Below are positions 52,643-62,041 of a stretch of DNA of 64,000 nucleotides, in pieces. Both the position numbers and the translations under genes were made by a program. The DNA is from a bacterium (GTDB lineage: Bacteria; Zhuqueibacterota; Zhuqueibacteria; Residuimicrobiales; Krinioviventaceae). How positions within the stretch are numbered: position 1 is the stretch's first letter; each line of letters opens with the position of its first letter. The DNA lies in assembly GCA_963675755.2 (NCBI GenBank), contig CAXXMD010000002.1, forward strand, positions 352,001 to 416,000. The letters run 5' to 3'. The notes beneath the pieces are model-generated. The model did no database searches. It had not been told where the DNA came from and worked only from the letters and a program-made list of their open reading frames with translations.

Positions 52643-55558
52643 GTGATTATGCTTAAAAAAGAATTGTATAGAGTTGTATTTTTTACAATTTTATTAATTA
52701 CTTACAGCTTTTCTCAAAGCGCAAGTGTTTTGCCATCAAGCACTAATAATTCAAAAGGAATTCAATCATTTAATTTTAATGGCTACAGTCTTGATGATGG
52801 TGGAACTGTTGTCAATGACAGCGAAATATGTGGGGTCTGGACAAAAGATAATTCACCCTATTATATAACAAACAATATTTCTATTAAAGAAGATTCTAGC
52901 CTGATAATAGAGGCAGGTGTTACTGTTTTATTTGATGGACCATATACATTACTTGTTGATAAAAATTGTCAATTATTGGCAAAAGGAATAGAGTCTGATA
53001 CAATAAAATTTGTTTCTGTAAATCAAACAGATGAATGGGCCGGTATAAAATTCTTTTATAGCAGTAACGATGATTCACTTTTATTCTGTAAATTTTCGGA
53101 TTTTAAAAATGATATTGCTGCAGGTGGAGTTTTTTTTATCAGTAATAGCTCTACATTTTTTAAAAACTGTTTGTTTGAAAATAATCATGCACAATTAGGA
53201 GGTGCTGTTTATTTTACACAAAGTTCACCAGAGTTCAGACAGGCACAGTTTATAAATAATACCGCAATTCATGGTGGAGCTGTATATTCACATAATTCTA
53301 CTTCTGATTTTTTCCAGTCTTTATTTGTTTATAATGTTGCAACAAAAGATGGAGCGGCTATTTTTGCCAAAATTTCAAATCTTAATTTAAATAATGTAAC
53401 TGTTAGTGATAATTTAACTGATGAAAAAGCAGGGGCATTACATTTTATTGGTCTTGGAAAAGCAATTGTACAAAATTCAATTTTTTCTTCAAATTTTGAT
53501 GATCGGGGTAACGGACCATATCATATTTCATTACAGGATCGCTATGCAGAGGGGAAAAGTACAGTTGAATTAATATTTAATTGTTTTGATTCTATAGATG
53601 ATGATGCGATTTATCCTGGTTATTATCTTACAGGTCAACCAGAGAATTATGTGATCTGGGGAAACGGAAATGTTGCTACTGACCCTTTGTTTGTGGATCC
53701 TGATCAAAATGATTTTCATTTGCAATCAGAATCACCATGTATAGATGCTGGTGACCCGGATACTAAATTCCTTGACGAGCCTTTCCCGCATGGCTTTTGT
53801 ATCAATTTGGGTGCATATGGTGGAACAAAAGAAGCAACTGAACAGCATCATCCTAGATTAATGTCTTTTCCTAATAAAATATCAAAAACATTATTGTCAA
53901 ATTCATATAGAAATAAAATGAAGATTGAAATTGTGAACGGTAGTGACAAACTCGTCAAAGTAACTGATATAGCATTATCGGACAGTACTTTTCTAAAGAT
54001 CATGGGGCTGAATGAACAATTTTTACAGAATGCAGAATATGTCTTGTCTCCGGGAGTTACAGATGCTTTTAATCTGGTGATTGATTTTGGTCAAATTGAA
54101 TTATTGGAATTGCACGAATCCATAAAAATTACGGTTGAAAATGGAGAGGATCTGATTATCCCTATTGATATTCAGTCAATTGCCGGAACAGGTATAGATA
54201 CTCCATTTGTAAGTGGTGTTTGGAGCCGTGAAAATAGTCCATATATAATCTATAATGATATTCAAATTTCTGAAAATGAGACATTAAAAATTGAGCCTGG
54301 TGTATCTGTTGTTTTTAATGGCGATTTTAATCTGACAATACCAGAAAATACACAACTGGTAGCTAACGGAACAGAATCAGATTCCATACGTTTTGTTGCA
54401 AAAAATGATGATTCCGGATGGCAGGGACTGTATTTTTCAAAAACCAGTAACAATGATACATTAAAATATTGTCATATTTCCGGTATTCAAATTCTTAAAA
54501 ACAGTTATTCCTATCAAATTGGTGCAATAACAATAAAACAATCTAGTCCTGTTATTAATCATTGTTTGATAACCAATAATGATATCATGAAAAATGCTGA
54601 TTTAATAAATATCAGCAACAGTAACGCATTAATAAAATATACAACTATAACATCCAATTCTAATATTGAAAATGTATTTGCGCTAATCAATTCCAGTCAT
54701 GTTATTCTTGATCATATTCTTTTATTTCAAAATTCTTGTAAATCCATTTTCAATACTGATGAAGCTGATTTTGAATTGATCAATTCAGTAGTATATGGCA
54801 ATTCATTGGTTGGCAGTTTGACAAATAACCAGAAACAATTCCGTTATTATAAATCGAATACCATTTTAAATTCAATTATTTATAATAATCCTGATGTGTT
54901 TGTTTTCAATACTCAATATCTTGATACTTTGACAGTAAATTATTCTGCTCTGGATCTGGATGCAACGAGTTTGAAATACCAGGGAAATCAATCCGGAATG
55001 ATTAGAAATATAGTAGATTGGGGGATTGGTAATTTAAATTCTGACCCAAAATTTGTTAACCCCAATAATGGTAACTTTATTCTAAATCCTGCCTCCCCCT
55101 GTGTTGACGCTGGTGATCCTGCTATTGAATATCAGGATATTAATGATCCTGCAAATCATGGTAAAGCTTGTTTACCTGCCAAAGGAACAGCACGTAATGA
55201 TATGGGATATTATGGTGGAAATCCTGAATTTGATTTTACAACTGCAATTGATGATGCAGATCAATTAACAATACCTGAACAATTCGCTTTAATGCAAAAT
55301 TATCCCAATCCCTTTAATGGAAACACATTAATAGAATTTCATTTACCGGTTTCAGGAAACGTTAAAATTTCTGTTTATAATATTCAGGGGCAAAAAGTAA
55401 AAACGATTACTGAATCACGTTATTCCAGTGGAGTCCATACATTACTTTGGGATGGGACCAGCGATAACAGTACCCTGGTTTCGTCGGGTATATATTTATA
55501 CCGGATATTGCTTGATGATCATCAATCCATCACAAAGCGGTTGGTGTTTTTAAAATAA
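52643..55558 (+). CDS. Right-handed beta-helix repeat protein with T9SS type A / FlgD-Ig tail; protease-less paralog of the upstream gene
   Basis: Two modules of the same type with GGAVY/FxNN repeats and EPFPHG. The 3' end is visibly similar at DNA level to 52250-52522. Confidence 0.85.
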   Translation: MIMLKKELYRVVFFTILLITYSFSQSASVLPSSTNNSKGIQSFNFNGYSLDDGGTVVNDSEICGVWTKDNSPYYITNNISIKEDSSLIIEAGVTVLFDGPYTLLVDKNCQLLAKGIESDTIKFVSVNQTDEWAGIKFFYSSNDDSLLFCKFSDFKNDIAAGGVFFISNSSTFFKNCLFENNHAQLGGAVYFTQSSPEFRQAQFINNTAIHGGAVYSHNSTSDFFQSLFVYNVATKDGAAIFAKISNLNLNNVTVSDNLTDEKAGALHFIGLGKAIVQNSIFSSNFDDRGNGPYHISLQDRYAEGKSTVELIFNCFDSIDDDAIYPGYYLTGQPENYVIWGNGNVATDPLFVDPDQNDFHLQSESPCIDAGDPDTKFLDEPFPHGFCINLGAYGGTKEATEQHHPRLMSFPNKISKTLLSNSYRNKMKIEIVNGSDKLVKVTDIALSDSTFLKIMGLNEQFLQNAEYVLSPGVTDAFNLVIDFGQIELLELHESIKITVENGEDLIIPIDIQSIAGTGIDTPFVSGVWSRENSPYIIYNDIQISENETLKIEPGVSVVFNGDFNLTIPENTQLVANGTESDSIRFVAKNDDSGWQGLYFSKTSNNDTLKYCHISGIQILKNSYSYQIGAITIKQSSPVINHCLITNNDIMKNADLINISNSNALIKYTTITSNSNIENVFALINSSHVILDHILLFQNSCKSIFNTDEADFELINSVVYGNSLVGSLTNNQKQFRYYKSNTILNSIIYNNPDVFVFNTQYLDTLTVNYSALDLDATSLKYQGNQSGMIRNIVDWGIGNLNSDPKFVNPNNGNFILNPASPCVDAGDPAIEYQDINDPANHGKACLPAKGTARNDMGYYGGNPEFDFTTAIDDADQLTIPEQFALMQNYPNPFNGNTLIEFHLPVSGNVKISVYNIQGQKVKTITESRYSSGVHTLLWDGTSDNSTLVSSGIYLYRILLDDHQSITKRLVFLK

Positions 55559-55593
55559 ATGCTTACACTCTGGAGTCAATTTGAGAGGAAGAG

Positions 55594-56880
55594 ATGAAAG
55601 CCCTAAAATATATTATTCTATTTTTAGTTATTCTATCTACTCAAGGTATTTCCAATACCCTAAAAGCGGGAACTGCTTCTGAAAAATTGACTCCACCTCT
55701 GGAAATGCAATTTGCCCTTGGTGGTTATGGAGCCCGGATGAGCAATCCAGCCGAAGCAGTACATGATGACATTTGGGTAAAATCATTAGTCATTAGTGAA
55801 GAGGATAAAGAATTTGCGCTCGTAACATTGGATATTCTTGCCTTGCCTCCAAATGTTAAATCTCAGGTCATAGATGCTTTGGGTTCATCCCGTTGGTCAA
55901 TGGAAAATGTTTTGCTGCTGCCCAGCCATTCTCATACAAGCCTGGATATGACCGCGTTGAATGATAAAAATATTCTCAACAGTCCACAAATTGGTATTTA
56001 TCAACCAGAACTATTAAAATTTGTTACTGATGTTATCGTAAATTGTATCAAAAGTGCCGGTAGTGAATTGCAACCTGTCAAGGTTGGTACGGGGAGGGTG
56101 CAACTGGATGGTTTGAATCGAAACCGACGCCATGATGAAATGATTGACCATGATCTGACTGTTACACGTATCGACCTGTTAAATGGTAATCCTCTTGCGG
56201 TGCTGGTAAACTGGACTGCTCATCCCACATTTATGGATGAGAATGATATGTGGGTATCAGCCGGATGGCCTGGTTATTTGCAGCGTGAACTGGAAGCATG
56301 GATAGGACAGGGTGTTACAGCAATGTATTACAATGGCGCCCAGGGTGATTTGTCTCCTGTTGAAAAATTTGGATCAAGTCATTATGAAAAGGCTGAACGA
56401 TATGGAAGAACCATTGCAAAGCATGCTTTTCAATTACATCAATCCATTGATACACGTGCAGATATCATTTTTGATTATAATGCTCAAACGCTCTTGCTGC
56501 CTGAACGTATTGCCCATCCCAAGTTTGCTCAAACAGGAGGGGAAGAATATGCTATTGATGATCAGGTTATGAAAATCATATTGGATATCATGAGTCCTGA
56601 AAAAGTGGTTATCAATTCTTTACGTCTTGGGGATTTAATTATTGCAGGTACACCTGGTGAATTAATTTGTGAAATGGGTTTAAAAGTAAAATCCAAATTA
56701 CAGAATAAAGTCAAATATCCTGTTATTGGTGGTTTGGCAAATGAATGGATTAGCTACATTCTAAGCGAAACGGAATATCATCAGGCCGGTTATGAAACCA
56801 GTGTAAGTTTTTATGGACCTTTTCTTGGTGATATTATTGTCAATGCAATGATCAAAAGTTCTCTTCAATTAACAAAATGA
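55594..56880 (+). CDS. Neutral/alkaline ceramidase N-terminal-domain family protein, secreted
   Basis: LGGYGAR, HDDIWVK, SHSHTS, NWTAHPT, NGAQGD, PGE, GLANEWISY and GYE motifs, plus a signal peptide. Confidence 0.8.
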   Translation: MKALKYIILFLVILSTQGISNTLKAGTASEKLTPPLEMQFALGGYGARMSNPAEAVHDDIWVKSLVISEEDKEFALVTLDILALPPNVKSQVIDALGSSRWSMENVLLLPSHSHTSLDMTALNDKNILNSPQIGIYQPELLKFVTDVIVNCIKSAGSELQPVKVGTGRVQLDGLNRNRRHDEMIDHDLTVTRIDLLNGNPLAVLVNWTAHPTFMDENDMWVSAGWPGYLQRELEAWIGQGVTAMYYNGAQGDLSPVEKFGSSHYEKAERYGRTIAKHAFQLHQSIDTRADIIFDYNAQTLLLPERIAHPKFAQTGGEEYAIDDQVMKIILDIMSPEKVVINSLRLGDLIIAGTPGELICEMGLKVKSKLQNKVKYPVIGGLANEWISYILSETEYHQAGYETSVSFYGPFLGDIIVNAMIKSSLQLTK

Positions 56881-57080
56881 GATAATTTGCTGAAATTGAT
56901 CTTATTTTTAACTTGCTTTTTAAGATTGTAGCAATTATTTTTTATTTACATACCTTTGAAATAGATTATGACTCTGCCTGCTGAATTCTTTTCCGGACCG
57001 ACTTGATCCTTACTATAGATACCGATTATAAATTTACATCATGATTTTTGAAATTTGTTATTTAAAATATAAATAATGAT

Positions 57081-59129
57081 GTGATCATGAATCCGGTTCC
57101 CGTAGTTACGACCATAGAACACAAGTGTAAGCGCTGTTATTCATGCGTGCGGAATTGCCCTGCCAAAGCTATCAAAGTTGAAAACGGTCAAGCCAAGGTT
57201 ATGGCTGAACGATGTATAGCTTGTGGATATTGTGTTCGTGTTTGTTCACAAAATGCAAAAAAGATTCGGGATGATCTAACACCTACCTTAGAATTTTTGA
57301 ATCAAGATACACCAGTAGTTGCCATTTTGGCACCTTCTTTTCCTGCGGCTTTTCCTGATAATAATCCGGATACTATTATTGCTGCATTAGCTAAAGCAGG
57401 CTTTTCAAAAATTTTTCCTGTCGCATTGGGGGCAGACATTGTAAGCTATGAATATCAATTACTATATCAATCCCAAATAATGCCAGTTATTATTTCGTCA
57501 CCTTGTCCTGCAATTGTGAATTATATAGAGAAATATGACCCTGCATTGACGTTATGCTTAGCTCCAATTGTATCTCCCATGATTGCTACCGGTCGATTTT
57601 TAAAACAAGCCATGGGAGAGTCAATACGTATTGTATTTATCGGTCCATGTATAGCCAAGAAAAAGGAAATGACAGACAAGAATGTGTCCGGAGTAATTGA
57701 TGCAGTATTGACATTTGAAGAAGTGAAAAAAATGTTCGAATATAAACATATTGAACCTGAAAAATTATCCTCTCGAGATTTTGATGGACCTGATGTGAAT
57801 TGGGGAAGACTGTTTCCTGTTTCAGGTGGATTGCTTAAAAGTGCAGATCTACAATTTGATATTATGGATAATGATGTTATCATTACAGAAGGCCGGGACA
57901 GGGTTATGGAAATACTTCAAAAATCATCCAATGGCGAAATTGAAGCCAAATTCCTTGACCTTTTATTTTGTGAAGGATGTATAAACGGGCCCAAGATTGA
58001 TTCTCCACTTTCCGTATTTGTAAAAAAAGACAAGATTGTAAATTATATCAAAACAAGGGAGAATAAAAAGAGTTTTAAAAATTTCACTTATCCCATTGAC
58101 TGTAAACGCAGGTTCAGTAACGATTATCAGCAAATGCCTGCACCTACTCAAAAAGAAATTCAAAATATTTTATATTTCACAGGAAAACGAACGTCAAATG
58201 ATGAATTAAACTGTGGAGCATGTGGATATAATTCATGTCGTGAAAAAGCAATTGCCGTTTTTCAGGGACTTGCAGAAGCTGAAATGTGTTTGCCATTTCT
58301 TGTAGAAAAACTTGAAACGATACAGCGAAAGCTGGAAACCAATAACAAAGAACTCAATTCATCCATTGAAGCACTAAAACGTACTCAGGAGCAGCTTGTG
58401 CAATCTGAAAAGATGGCCTCTGTAGGACAACTTGCAGCGGGAGTAGCTCATGAATTGAACAATCCACTGGGTGGCATTATGGTTTTTGCAAACTTGTTGC
58501 TTGAGCAAAAAGACCAAAATGATCCCGATCGTTCTGATTTGGCTAGAATTATTCATGAAGCTGAGCGATGTAAAGCAATTATCTATGGATTGCTTGATTT
58601 TTCACGACAATCACATTTGCAAGCTGCTATTGTAAATTTGAATAAAATTATTCTCAGTACGTTAGATTTGGTAAAACACCAATCATTATTTCAAAAGATA
58701 GATATAAAGATAGAACTTGAACCCACAATAGGACAAATTTTTGCTGATGTGGGACTTTTGCAGCAAATATTTTTAAACATTATCTTTAATGCAGCAGAGG
58801 CAATGGAAGGGGAAGGGTGTTTCCTGGTTTCATCATGTATGAGTAATGATCATAAATACGTAATTGCAGAATTCTCTGACACGGGTCCAGGAATGTCTAA
58901 CGATATTGTTAAACGAATTTTTGATCCCTTTTTTACCACAAAACCCCCCGGCCAGGGAACCGGTTTGGGATTATCCATGTGCTATAGTATTATAAAGCGT
59001 CATAAAGGGGAAATCAAAGTGTCCAGCAAAGTGGGAGAGGGCACAACAATTACTATTCAATTACCCAATTCAATAGAAATTGAAAAAGATATTACAGAAT
59101 TATATCCTCACAAAATTTATTCTCTTTAA
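57081..59129 (+). CDS. Sensory [FeFe]-hydrogenase-like domain fused to a histidine kinase (group C-type)
   Basis: 2x[4Fe-4S] (CKRCYSCVRNCP, CIACGYCVRVC). H-cluster-like motifs SSPCP, GPCIAKKKE and DLLFCEGCINGP. FeS motif CGACGYNSC-x16-C. HisKA AHELNNP and HATPase DTGPGM / FTTKPPGQGTGLGLS. Confidence 0.92.
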   Translation: MIMNPVPVVTTIEHKCKRCYSCVRNCPAKAIKVENGQAKVMAERCIACGYCVRVCSQNAKKIRDDLTPTLEFLNQDTPVVAILAPSFPAAFPDNNPDTIIAALAKAGFSKIFPVALGADIVSYEYQLLYQSQIMPVIISSPCPAIVNYIEKYDPALTLCLAPIVSPMIATGRFLKQAMGESIRIVFIGPCIAKKKEMTDKNVSGVIDAVLTFEEVKKMFEYKHIEPEKLSSRDFDGPDVNWGRLFPVSGGLLKSADLQFDIMDNDVIITEGRDRVMEILQKSSNGEIEAKFLDLLFCEGCINGPKIDSPLSVFVKKDKIVNYIKTRENKKSFKNFTYPIDCKRRFSNDYQQMPAPTQKEIQNILYFTGKRTSNDELNCGACGYNSCREKAIAVFQGLAEAEMCLPFLVEKLETIQRKLETNNKELNSSIEALKRTQEQLVQSEKMASVGQLAAGVAHELNNPLGGIMVFANLLLEQKDQNDPDRSDLARIIHEAERCKAIIYGLLDFSRQSHLQAAIVNLNKIILSTLDLVKHQSLFQKIDIKIELEPTIGQIFADVGLLQQIFLNIIFNAAEAMEGEGCFLVSSCMSNDHKYVIAEFSDTGPGMSNDIVKRIFDPFFTTKPPGQGTGLGLSMCYSIIKRHKGEIKVSSKVGEGTTITIQLPNSIEIEKDITELYPHKIYSL

Positions 59130-59181
59130 TACATCTTTAAATACACTTTTATGTCTTTAAATTTCAATATTTTGAATTTAT

Positions 59182-59199
59182 CTGTGAAAAAAATCACAA
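59182..59199. promoter_or_regulatory. Rex-like (or CRP/FNR-like) operator 1
   Basis: cTGTGAAAAAAaTCACAA has 2 mismatches to the Rex consensus TTGTGAANNNNTTCACAA and contains an exact TGTGA-N6-TCACA. Confidence 0.7.
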
Positions 59200-59215
59200 A
59201 TTTTGCAAAAAAAAC

Positions 59216-59244
59216 TTGCTTTTTTAATATTGATTTCTTATTAT
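59216..59244 (+). promoter_or_regulatory. sigma70 promoter of the hydrogenase operon
   Basis: TTGCTT (59216-59221), 17-nt spacer, TATTAT (59239-59244), lying between the two operators. Confidence 0.6.
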
Positions 59245-59253
59245 TTATTAGAG

Positions 59254-59271
59254 TTGTGAAAAAAGTTACAA
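59254..59271. promoter_or_regulatory. Rex-like operator 2
   Basis: TTGTGAAAAAAgTtACAA has 2 mismatches to the Rex consensus and sits at the predicted transcription start. Confidence 0.65.
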
Positions 59272-59655
59272 CTTGTCCTTTCTTATTCTAACACTCTACT
59301 ATTACTTTTGGGGCCACGGTCAACCATCCTCAAGTTTTGGCCCATTCCAATACTTTTGACTTGTGTTTATTGCTAAAGCACAGAATGGATATCTATTGTT
59401 GGAACGGATCTGATCGGTATTTAAAAAAATCACTACTATGATTTTGATTATTGTATTTCGATCTTGAGCCACTATTATGCTTTGAGGATTGTTGATGCGA
59501 TTTAATTTGAATTCTATTCGGGAAAATAGTTTTACAACACACCGGTTGAAATTGATTCCGGTTTTCTGGGTTTCTCACATTCAGTACTTTTTAAATCTTT
59601 TTCGTGATTTAATTTTGAGGTCTTTAGCCTTTGTAATTTTATTGGAGGCAATAAA

Positions 59656-60723
59656 ATGATTGTAAATGCTGATGATTTTGTCAGGTTTTTAAAAACTTGT
59701 CAGAAATCAAAAACGTTAGGTTACGAACAGGTTATTGTACCTGTTGTATCTGCTAATCCTAAAAACAAAGAACTTGTATTCTCTCCTGTCGATACTGAAC
59801 GCACTATTGAACTCGATACAACCCGAACTATCGATCCTTTAAAAAATTTGTTTTATGTCCCTCGTGAAAAAATTTATCCGACTGATTTCAAAAATTCTAA
59901 ACGTATTATCGCTGGTGTCAAAGCATGCGATTTAAAAGCCTTATCTATACTCGATAAAGCATTATTGTTAGATAATTTTGTTGATCCTTCTTTTGAACAT
60001 TGGCGCAATAATACATTGATTATTTCTACTGATTGTACAGAACCCTCACCTGCATGTCATTGTACTTTGATGGATGGTTCTCCATATCCTAACGCAGGTT
60101 TTGATATAAATCTGTCAAGGGTTTTGGGGAATTATCATATCAGTATTGGTACTGAAAAAGGTAAACAATTCGTAGAACATATGGCTATGGAAGTAGAGAT
60201 TGTTGATGCTATACCTGATGTTAAAGATCAGGTTGAAGCAAATCGAAATAAAATGGAAAGATTAATTGACCAGCTTAACCAGGATTTTGTACGAACTACT
60301 GATTATGAAGAAATCCAACATGACAGTATTAATGTTTGGCAGCAAAGATCAAAGGCCTGTGTTGGTTGTGGTGCATGTACCAATATCTGTCCTACCTGTT
60401 ATTGTCTTATATTAAATGACGAGTCAAAAGCTGAGCAGTTTATCAAAGTCAGATCACAGGATTCTTGTCAGCTTAATGGTTATGCTCGTGTCGCAGGAGG
60501 AGGGACTCCACGTCCTCAAATGTTTTCAAGATTCAGAAATCGATATCTGTGCAAGCTGTTATTTATGAAATCAAATTTTGGTGAAATTGGCTGTACCGGT
60601 TGTGGACGATGTACTGAAGCTTGCCCTGCTCAGATTGATTATCGTGAAGTTGTCGAAAATATTGGCCATGAAAGAGAATTTGAAAAAATCGTTCAGGATA
60701 AATCAGAGGGAGATGAATTATGA
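59656..60723 (+). CDS. 4Fe-4S dicluster protein, AsrA / sulfhydrogenase beta (HydB)-like
   Basis: GVKACDL, CVGCGACTNICPTCYC, DSC, RFRNR and CTGCGRCTEACP motifs. SD GGAGG. Confidence 0.9.
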   Translation: MIVNADDFVRFLKTCQKSKTLGYEQVIVPVVSANPKNKELVFSPVDTERTIELDTTRTIDPLKNLFYVPREKIYPTDFKNSKRIIAGVKACDLKALSILDKALLLDNFVDPSFEHWRNNTLIISTDCTEPSPACHCTLMDGSPYPNAGFDINLSRVLGNYHISIGTEKGKQFVEHMAMEVEIVDAIPDVKDQVEANRNKMERLIDQLNQDFVRTTDYEEIQHDSINVWQQRSKACVGCGACTNICPTCYCLILNDESKAEQFIKVRSQDSCQLNGYARVAGGGTPRPQMFSRFRNRYLCKLLFMKSNFGEIGCTGCGRCTEACPAQIDYREVVENIGHEREFEKIVQDKSEGDEL

Positions 60724-61541
60724 GTAATCCGTATGAGGTTATCCCGGCTGTTGTCTATGATGTGATACAAGAGTCTCCACTCATTCGGACATTAAGGGTA
60801 AAACCTGAAAAAGCAATCCCTTTTAAAACCGGTCAATTTATTGAATTGTCCATTCCTGGTATTGGTGAGGGGCCCTTTACACCATCTTCATCACATTATA
60901 TTGATAAAGAAATGGACATTACAATAATGAAAACCGGCTTTGTTACTGAATATGTACATCAGGCCCAGATAGGAGATCGTGTAGGTTTACGGGGGCCATA
61001 TGGTTCCAGCTATCCGTTAGATAAATTTGAAAACAAAGATCTGCTCATTCTGGGTGGTGGTTGTGGTTTAGCACCTTTACGATCTCTTTTTCTTACATTA
61101 CTGCATGACGTTGAACGATACAAGAGTATTACATTTTTTGCAGGAGCCAAAACCCCACAGGACTGCATTTACAAAGATTCTGTAACTGAATGGAACAAAT
61201 ATGATAATGTTCGATTTGTTCGTTCGGTTGATGTTGTGCCGGATGGAGAGGACTGGGACGAAAATGTAGGTTTGGTTACTACTTTGTTAGAACAACTCGA
61301 TTTAACACCGGATGGAAATCCTGCAGTTGTGTGTGGACCTCCAATTATGATGCGTTTTGGTACAATGGATTTATTGAATTATGGCTTTAAAGAAGAAAAT
61401 ATCTATTTATCGATGGAAAAGAAAATGTATTGTGGTTTTGGACAGTGTCGTCATTGTGTAATGGGTGGTTATTATGCCTGCAAAGATGGCCCTGTATTTT
61501 CTTATGCTGATATAAAGAATGAGGAGGATATTTGGGAATGA
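60720..61541 (+). CDS. FAD/NAD(P)-binding 2Fe-2S protein, AsrB / sulfhydrogenase gamma (HydG)-like
   Basis: GQF, GEGPFTPSS, RGPYG, GGGCGLAPLRS, VCGPPIMM and CGFGQCRHC...CKDGPVF motifs. ATGA overlap with the upstream gene. Confidence 0.92.
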   Translation: MSNPYEVIPAVVYDVIQESPLIRTLRVKPEKAIPFKTGQFIELSIPGIGEGPFTPSSSHYIDKEMDITIMKTGFVTEYVHQAQIGDRVGLRGPYGSSYPLDKFENKDLLILGGGCGLAPLRSLFLTLLHDVERYKSITFFAGAKTPQDCIYKDSVTEWNKYDNVRFVRSVDVVPDGEDWDENVGLVTTLLEQLDLTPDGNPAVVCGPPIMMRFGTMDLLNYGFKEENIYLSMEKKMYCGFGQCRHCVMGGYYACKDGPVFSYADIKNEEDIWE

Positions 61542-62041
61542 AACGTCTGTTTATTGATGTGCCCGGCCTGTTGGATGCCAATGTCCCGGCAGAGTCTATT
61601 GATTGTGAATACATGTTTCATCGCTATAATCATGGTGCATTTTCATTACTGGAAGTTGCTGAATTTGCATCTTATTGCCGGCAATGTACCGAATCATTTT
61701 GTGTGAATGCTTGTCCTGTTGAAGCACTTGAACGCCAACCCGCAGGAACAATAAAACGTTTCAATATGAGATGCGTTGGCTGTAAAAGTTGCATTCTGGC
61801 ATGTCCTTTTGGTACTATATTCCCCGAAGTTATTAATTACATAAAAGCAAGATGTGATTACTGTTTAAACCAGTTAGAGGCTGATCCCAATTATCAACCG
61901 GCATGTGTCAAGTCAGCTCCACATGATACTTTTGTAATGAAAGAGATTGAAAAAGAAAATCCAAAAGAACATGTCTATCTATACGGAGATCATCTGGCTG
62001 TTAAAAGTCCTAGCTGGCGCCACAAGGAGGGATTGGTATGA
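61538..62041 (+). CDS. HycB/DmsB-like 4Fe-4S electron-transfer subunit
   Basis: CRQCTESFCVNACP, CVGCKSCILACPFG and CDYC...PACV motifs. ATG 61538 overlaps the upstream TGA. Confidence 0.85.
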   Translation: MKRLFIDVPGLLDANVPAESIDCEYMFHRYNHGAFSLLEVAEFASYCRQCTESFCVNACPVEALERQPAGTIKRFNMRCVGCKSCILACPFGTIFPEVINYIKARCDYCLNQLEADPNYQPACVKSAPHDTFVMKEIEKENPKEHVYLYGDHLAVKSPSWRHKEGLV

